Below, piece after piece: positions 58,947-64,000 of a stretch of 64,000 bases of DNA. Numbering within the stretch: position 1 is the first letter of the stretch; every line of letters begins with the position of its first letter. The notes beneath the pieces are model-generated. The model did not search any database. It was not told the origin of the DNA and was given only the letters and a program-made list of their open reading frames with translations. The DNA lies in IMG/VR virus record IMGVR_UViG_3300033145_000849, positions 64,267-128,266 of that record; one strand, written 5' to 3'. The position numbers and the translations under genes are program-made. The stretch comes from a virus.

Positions 58947-59211
58947 CTACAAAATAGGGGACAGAGTTAGACTTTCACCTAGAGGGGTTCGTTTAATGAG
59001 GAGTTCAACTCAAAAGAATCCTGATTATTGGAGTACTATAGAGTATCTTATTCATGATCAAGAAAGTTCATATGTGTATATCCTTTCAGATTTACAAGGT
59101 TATGTAGCTCCAAGTCCTTTTGATAATAGAGATTTTAATTGTCATATAGATTACCTGGAACTGATAGATGTAAGAATTCATGGTCAACAAGAGTTAAAAC
59201 TAGATGGCTGA
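58936..59211 (+). CDS. SH3/KOW-like array protein 3, ends QQELKLDG
   Basis: YKIGDRVRL; TTG start. Confidence 0.75.
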   Translation: MTYDYKIGDRVRLSPRGVRLMRSSTQKNPDYWSTIEYLIHDQESSYVYILSDLQGYVAPSPFDNRDFNCHIDYLELIDVRIHGQQELKLDG

Positions 59212-59509
59212 ACATAAGTTTAAAATAGGAGACACGGTAGAATTCAATAAAGAATTCAAGCAACGTGTACAAAGCTGGATAGATGAACAATCAGTAGAAT
59301 TACCCAGTGATAGAAAAAGATATTGTAACATAATGTTAAATGAAACATTTAAAATATATGAATGTGGATCAAATAGTAAAGAATATCTTATGACTCAAAT
59401 AGATAAAAAGCTATTTATAGATGCATATAATAATAGATGGGTAGGAGAAAAGTATCTACAAAGAGTAGCTCCAGTTTATGGACAGCAAGAGTTAAAACTA
59501 GATGTTTAA
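59204..59509 (+). CDS. SH3/KOW-like array protein 4, ends QQELKLDV
   Basis: FKIGDTVEFN; 8-nt overlap. Confidence 0.78.
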   Translation: MAEHKFKIGDTVEFNKEFKQRVQSWIDEQSVELPSDRKRYCNIMLNETFKIYECGSNSKEYLMTQIDKKLFIDAYNNRWVGEKYLQRVAPVYGQQELKLDV

Positions 59510-59765
59510 GATAAACGATAGAGTAAAATTTACAGAGTATTTCAAGGAGCATATATTATATCAAACTACTCTACCAGAAGAATGTAAAAATGAAATATTT
59601 AGAATCATAGAGGTAAATAACAGTTTAGATTATATACGATACCGATTAATTAGACCAAATGAAAGAAATCTCATAAATTCCCATGGTGTTAGTTGGTGTA
59701 CAGAAGATGCCTTTCAACTAGTGACTAATATGTTAAGACAACAAGAAATGAATCTAGATGTTTAA
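59502..59765 (+). CDS. SH3/KOW-like array protein 5, ends QQEMNLDV
   Basis: FKINDRVKFT; 8-nt overlap. Confidence 0.78.
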   Translation: MFKINDRVKFTEYFKEHILYQTTLPEECKNEIFRIIEVNNSLDYIRYRLIRPNERNLINSHGVSWCTEDAFQLVTNMLRQQEMNLDV

Positions 59766-60021
59766 GATTGGAGACATAGTAGAATTTACACAATCATTTC
59801 AAGACGAAGTAGAAGATCCAAATGTACGAGTAATGGCTAAAACTGAGACATTTAAAATAATAGGAGTAGATATTCATTTACATGAAGCACGTTATAAACT
59901 AAAGAGACCTAATGGAAAAATGCTCATAGATCGATGCAGTAATTATTTATGCTTCGAATCAGATTTACAACAAGTTAATGGTTTTATTAAACAAACAGAA
60001 ATACACTTTTCAACTAGATAA
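59758..60021 (+). CDS. SH3/KOW-like array protein 6, ends QTEIHFSTR
   Basis: FKIGDIVEFT; 8-nt overlap. Confidence 0.78.
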   Translation: MFKIGDIVEFTQSFQDEVEDPNVRVMAKTETFKIIGVDIHLHEARYKLKRPNGKMLIDRCSNYLCFESDLQQVNGFIKQTEIHFSTR

Positions 60022-60104
60022 AATTAGAAAGTTGTAGGGTCAGTCAGACATGGACTTAAGCAGGCCCTACGTAACCGTAAACATGTAAAGACAGGAGAAG
60101 AATC

Positions 60105-60593
60105 ATGTCAGCTAATAAAGTAATCTTGGTAGGAAGAATTGGTAACGACATCGACTTGCGATACACCCAGGGTGGTCAGGCAGTCACGGACCTCAGTATT
60201 GCTACCAGCAGAGGCTGGACAGACAAGAATGGTCAACGACAGTCGAAAACTACTTGGACTCGAGTAGTTGTCTGGAACAAACAAGCTGAGAATTGTAAAC
60301 GATATCTCAGTAAAGGCCGTCAAGTTTATATTGAAGGTCATTTGGAGAATCGTAAGTGGGAAGATACCCGCGACCACATCACTCGCTATGCTACGGATGT
60401 TATTGCAGAAGTAGTTCAATTCTTGGGTGATAAGCCTGTCGGCGAGAACTCACAGAACAGTTCTTCTAACGAAGGACAGGGACGAGAGAATACTCCGCAA
60501 GAATCGAATGAGGCAGGAGCTGCTGAACAAGCTGCAGCAGAACAAGAAGAAGTCGAGCAACAACTTGCCCTTAACATTGATATTCCTTGTTAA
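60105..60593 (+). CDS. ssb: Single-stranded DNA-binding protein
   Basis: NKVILVGRIGND..LRYT..G.AV..LSIAT...W.RVVVW.KQAE...YLSKGRQVYIEG.L..RKW. Confidence 0.95.
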   Translation: MSANKVILVGRIGNDIDLRYTQGGQAVTDLSIATSRGWTDKNGQRQSKTTWTRVVVWNKQAENCKRYLSKGRQVYIEGHLENRKWEDTRDHITRYATDVIAEVVQFLGDKPVGENSQNSSSNEGQGRENTPQESNEAGAAEQAAAEQEEVEQQLALNIDIPC

Positions 60594-60626
60594 GGTCATA
60601 ACCACTAACACGGGCTAGTGTTAGGG

Positions 60627-60663
60627 AACCAGGTTTAGGCGTTCCTGGTTAATAAAAACGCCT
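60627..60663 (+). promoter_or_regulatory. H-type RNA pseudoknot downstream of ssb
   Basis: S1 aaccagg/cctggtt, S2 aggcgtt/aacgcct; loops ttt, 0 nt and aataaa. Confidence 0.5.
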
Positions 60664-60682
60664 TTACTTTGGAGATTGTCTT

Positions 60683-60958
60683 ATGAGTATAGTAGATGAG
60701 AGAACTAAAGAAAGATCCAATAAGCTAACTGAAGATCTCAAAGAAAGAGTAGAACAAGAATTTGAGAAGTGTGCTAGCAAAGAATGTGATGGTAATTGTC
60801 AAACTATAGTGTTAACTAGTTTGGCCGACTTGATGGTGCAGTATTCAATGATGGCAGGACTAGACCTAAAAGAATTTCTAGAGAATATATCTCTAACATG
60901 GGATGGGTGGGAATTAGTGAGTTCACCGAAAGAGGTAGAAGCAGGACTAGTTAACTAA
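60683..60958 (+). CDS. Hypothetical protein
   Basis: GGAG RBS. Confidence 0.6.
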   Translation: MSIVDERTKERSNKLTEDLKERVEQEFEKCASKECDGNCQTIVLTSLADLMVQYSMMAGLDLKEFLENISLTWDGWELVSSPKEVEAGLVN

Positions 60959-61118
60959 TGTTTGATTATATAGCTAAGTTTTATGATCTAGTAATAAGAA
61001 TAACGAAAGATATTCATGCTATTAGAGAAGAATTAGTCATGATTCGTGCTCTATTAGATGAAATAAAATACAATTGTAGAGCGCGGTGAGGAGGATTTGA
61101 AGGTTATTATAATTATTC

Positions 61119-61754
61119 ATGAAAATAAATAAAACTAGAGCACTTACAAACAAGCAGGTATTACTAATTCCTGAGATGATTAAACAGAAATTGGGTTCTC
61201 GAGAAATTTATACAAAATTAGGTATAAGCCAACCTGTATATAATAGAATTTTAAGTGGTATAACTTATAAAGATTTACAAGAAAAATTACAACCTAAACT
61301 TAAAGAGGTACGAGAGAGTTTACTACCACCACCTGGAATGAAAAAATGTACCAAATGTGGAAGAATTTTACCATTTGATGATCATTTTTTTCAACCATTA
61401 GATAAAAAGAAGAGACCTCTAGGATTCGAATCTCGATGTTTAGTTTGTAAGAAAGAAGAGAATAAAAAAAGACACAATGATCTAAAAATGGCTGCATTAA
61501 AGTACTATAGTATAAATGAGATGCCAGAATGCGAGTGTTGTGGAGAAACTATTATTGAGTTTCTTACTATAGACCATATTGATGGTAATGGTGGGGAACA
61601 TAGAAGAACAGAACTTAAAGGAAAATATTCTTCTATTGGTTTATGGCTAAAGGATAATGGATATCCTAAAGGATTCCGAGTACTTTGCATGAATTGTAAT
61701 TGGTCTATGGGAGTACATGGATATTGTCCTCATCATGGGATGAGAAATGGCTGA
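61119..61754 (+). CDS. HNH-type homing endonuclease with N-terminal HTH
   Basis: CECCGE...LTIDHIDGNG...RVLCMNCN...GYCPH; HTH-like IYTKLGISQPVYNRIL. Confidence 0.8.
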   Translation: MKINKTRALTNKQVLLIPEMIKQKLGSREIYTKLGISQPVYNRILSGITYKDLQEKLQPKLKEVRESLLPPPGMKKCTKCGRILPFDDHFFQPLDKKKRPLGFESRCLVCKKEENKKRHNDLKMAALKYYSINEMPECECCGETIIEFLTIDHIDGNGGEHRRTELKGKYSSIGLWLKDNGYPKGFRVLCMNCNWSMGVHGYCPHHGMRNG

Positions 61755-61781
61755 CGTAATACCTTAAAGGAGTAATGTCAA

Positions 61782-62030
61782 GTGTTAGGTATAATAATTG
61801 GTAATTATATAGTTTCAGCATTAGTAGTTAGTTTTATTGTATTTTCTGTTATAGACAGATGGACTGACCCGTTTTTAGGTCTAAACAAGCAACAGGCTGC
61901 CCGTTTGGCTCTTGGTTGGGTCTTCTTTGGCTGGCTATATCCTATTCTAGGATTCTTATGGTGTTTGTTCTGGCTATGGAGAATGGCCTTTCCACGTAGG
62001 AAACTTGGTATTACAGGGTTAGAAAAATAA
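61782..62030 (+). CDS. Small membrane protein
   Basis: Two hydrophobic segments. Confidence 0.55.
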   Translation: MLGIIIGNYIVSALVVSFIVFSVIDRWTDPFLGLNKQQAARLALGWVFFGWLYPILGFLWCLFWLWRMAFPRRKLGITGLEK

Positions 62031-62225
62031 ATGTTTCATAAACTAATAATTGCACTGGGTGCCCTATTTGGTTTCATACAAACTACAATAATTATCATCA
62101 TGTTAGGGATATGTGCGATTATGCTCTACGAATACTATTCTAGTGATAAAAGTATTGGAGAGTATGAGTTCTATCTAAAATGTGCACCAGTGGAGCATCA
62201 TGATAGTGAACAATTAAATGAGTAA
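62031..62225 (+). CDS. Small membrane protein
   Basis: N-terminal TM segment. Confidence 0.5.
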   Translation: MFHKLIIALGALFGFIQTTIIIIMLGICAIMLYEYYSSDKSIGEYEFYLKCAPVEHHDSEQLNE

Positions 62226-62544
62226 CTGGAAAGAAATAGGTCCTTACAAGTATTGTATGCATCCAGAGCCATGCAATCCCATACCACCTCACTGTGATAA
62301 CTGTGGTTATTTAACAGGAAAAACATCAGTTCCAATTATGCGTGGAGCAAAAATAATGCCAATAGAAACTGAGACAAGAGAGATAGATAGATGCGCAGAA
62401 TGTCCTTTTCTAGGTAGAGTATATGAAACTCAAGAATCTCTTTGTAAAGAAACAAACGAAGTCCTCAACTTTGAAGACTGGGGACTTGAACTACCAAAGA
62501 ATTGTCCTCATAGAAAAACATCCATACTCTTGGAGTTTAAGTAA
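62218..62544 (+). CDS. Cys-rich small protein
   Basis: CAECPF...C...PKNCP. Confidence 0.55.
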   Translation: MSNWKEIGPYKYCMHPEPCNPIPPHCDNCGYLTGKTSVPIMRGAKIMPIETETREIDRCAECPFLGRVYETQESLCKETNEVLNFEDWGLELPKNCPHRKTSILLEFK

Positions 62545-62768
62545 TGGCTATAGAAACTGAAGCAATAGAAGTAGAAAGATGTTCTACTTGTCCATTTTGT
62601 AAATGGTTTGAACCTGAAAAGACATATTACTGTGGAGTAGAAGTCTTTCTGTCACCAGAAGATGGCCCTATTAAAGCAGAAGTAGGACCCGGCCGAACCT
62701 ATCCTTCAAACTGTCCTCTTAAGGACAAAGATATCCTAGTAGGACTGAAAGAGAACCATGAGATCTAA
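62544..62768 (+). CDS. Cys-rich small protein, paralog of the preceding gene
   Basis: IETE..E..RC..CPF...C...P.NCP shared. Confidence 0.6.
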   Translation: MAIETEAIEVERCSTCPFCKWFEPEKTYYCGVEVFLSPEDGPIKAEVGPGRTYPSNCPLKDKDILVGLKENHEI

Positions 62769-63141
62769 ACCATTCACTACAGATACAGATACATTCTGTG
62801 ATTATTTTGGTGTTTGTGATTCAGAAAAGAGAAAATTAAAGAGAATAATCGGCCCATTTATTACTATAGATGAAGATACTATACTAGAAATAGTTCAAAA
62901 TAAGCTAGATATTTTATCTTTTATGGAGGATATGTGGGGCGATCTTCTTCGTGATGAATGGTATAGAATAAGTCCTGATTATGCAGACTGTGAAAACTGC
63001 CCATGGGAAAAAACTACTACTTATTGTGGAAATGAAGTACCATATTCTCTTTGTCTTATGGAAGAAATTTTACAAGACGAAGCTAGATATGCAGTAGCTT
63101 GTTCCTATATATTAGACTTCTTTAATTGGTTAAGAAAATGA
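62758..63141 (+). CDS. Hypothetical protein
   Basis: 127-aa ORF with CENCPW. Confidence 0.55.
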   Translation: MRSKPFTTDTDTFCDYFGVCDSEKRKLKRIIGPFITIDEDTILEIVQNKLDILSFMEDMWGDLLRDEWYRISPDYADCENCPWEKTTTYCGNEVPYSLCLMEEILQDEARYAVACSYILDFFNWLRK

Positions 63142-63329
63142 ATGAATTATTGCCATGTCCATTCTGTGGAAGTAAAAATCTAAATACTTCCCTTGATACT
63201 ATTGGTAAAACAAGCTGTGTCTGGTGTTATGACTGTGAAACCGAAGGTCCAGTAAAACATACAGAAAAAGAAGCTATTGAGGCATGGAATCGCCGAACTG
63301 TTTCCCTTAAGGACGTAAGCAATGACTGA
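63138..63329 (+). CDS. Lar-family restriction alleviation-like Zn-finger protein
   Basis: LLPCPFCGS...CYDC...EAIEAWNRR. Confidence 0.8.
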   Translation: MNELLPCPFCGSKNLNTSLDTIGKTSCVWCYDCETEGPVKHTEKEAIEAWNRRTVSLKDVSND

Positions 63330-63388
63330 AGCTCAATTAAAACTAGATGAATATGGAAGACCAATACCGTATGTTGGAATGAGAGTAT

Positions 63389-64000
63389 ATGGCTCCTAGG
63401 AAGAAGATTCCTAAAGGAACTAGATTTGGGAAATTAGTAGTAATTAACTATTATGGACCTCACTTAAGTGATAATGAGAGTACTACATTATGTCAATGTG
63501 ATTGTGGTAATACATCTATTGTTAGAAATAATGATCTAAAGAAAAATAAAGGAACTCGTTCCTGTGGATGTATGCAAGGATGTTCTCATGGATATGCTAG
63601 AGCTAGAAGCTCATCCACCTACCATAGCTGGCAATCTATGGTAACACGGTGCACAAATCCAAAGGCAACAACTTATTATAAATATGGAGCCAGAGGAATA
63701 AAGATATGCAATAGATGGATAGAATCATTCGAGAATTTCTTAAAAGATATGGAAGAAAGACCTGAAGGCACCACAATAGATAGAATAGATAATGATGGAG
63801 ACTATATTCCAGAGAACTGTAGATGGGCAACTAATGAAGAGCAAGCCTGGAACAAGAGAGATACTATCTATCTAACAGTCAATGAAGAAACCCATAATCT
63901 AAACGAATGGTCTAAGATAACTGGGATCAAGTATCATACTCTTAAATCCCGAGTTGGAAGAGGATTTACTCCAGAACAAGTAATCTATCCTAAGAGATTA
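63389..64000 (+). CDS. HNH homing endonuclease (3'-truncated; not in ORF track)
   Basis: GTRFGKLVV...CQCDCGN...SCGC...SWQSMVTRC...YGARGI..C.RW..SFENFLKDM...TIDRIDNDGDY.PENCRWAT. Confidence 0.88.
   Translation, partial: MAPRKKIPKGTRFGKLVVINYYGPHLSDNESTTLCQCDCGNTSIVRNNDLKKNKGTRSCGCMQGCSHGYARARSSSTYHSWQSMVTRCTNPKATTYYKYGARGIKICNRWIESFENFLKDMEERPEGTTIDRIDNDGDYIPENCRWATNEEQAWNKRDTIYLTVNEETHNLNEWSKITGIKYHTLKSRVGRGFTPEQVIYPKRL

Noticed and set aside
60627-60663. preQ1-I riboswitch
   Set aside because: Similar size and A-rich tail, but the loop is fully Watson-Crick paired, I cannot see the ligand-binding consensus, and no queuosine gene follows.
46717-63830. Short minus-strand ORFs in the right arm
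   Set aside because: Antisense to RBS-supported plus-strand genes or to the tandem repeat.

Overview
A 64-kb segment of a large tailed phage genome with a contractile (myovirus-type) tail, at low GC. From 1 to about 45.8 kb is one minus-strand morphogenesis arm: a tail-spike-like protein, an intein-split Cys4 protein, a repeat-delimited protein carrying a kinase, three Gly/Ala-rich membrane-type proteins, an intein-split terminase, a portal-MuF fusion, head protease, decoration protein, major capsid protein, neck proteins, sheath, several tube paralogs and chaperones. Three giant proteins follow: an intein-containing 1690-aa protein, a 1537-aa protein with the motifs of a single-chain two-barrel RNA polymerase, and a truncated protein with an M23 peptidase domain that is missing from the ORF track. 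After a strand switch near 45.8 kb comes a plus-strand arm of small early-type genes, 4 tRNAs, a metallophosphoesterase, SSB, a Lar-like protein and HNH endonucleases. The main signals are: (1) six tandem SH3/KOW-like genes plus SSB, all ending in a QxxLxL/F sliding-clamp-binding-like motif; (2) a putative virion RNA polymerase, with strand-specific G.A-zippered GNA-loop DNA hairpins at the start of the early arm as candidate promoters; (3) a modular protein whose effector domains are separated by a conserved 34-aa repeat. All functional calls come from motif reading by eye; no database search was run.
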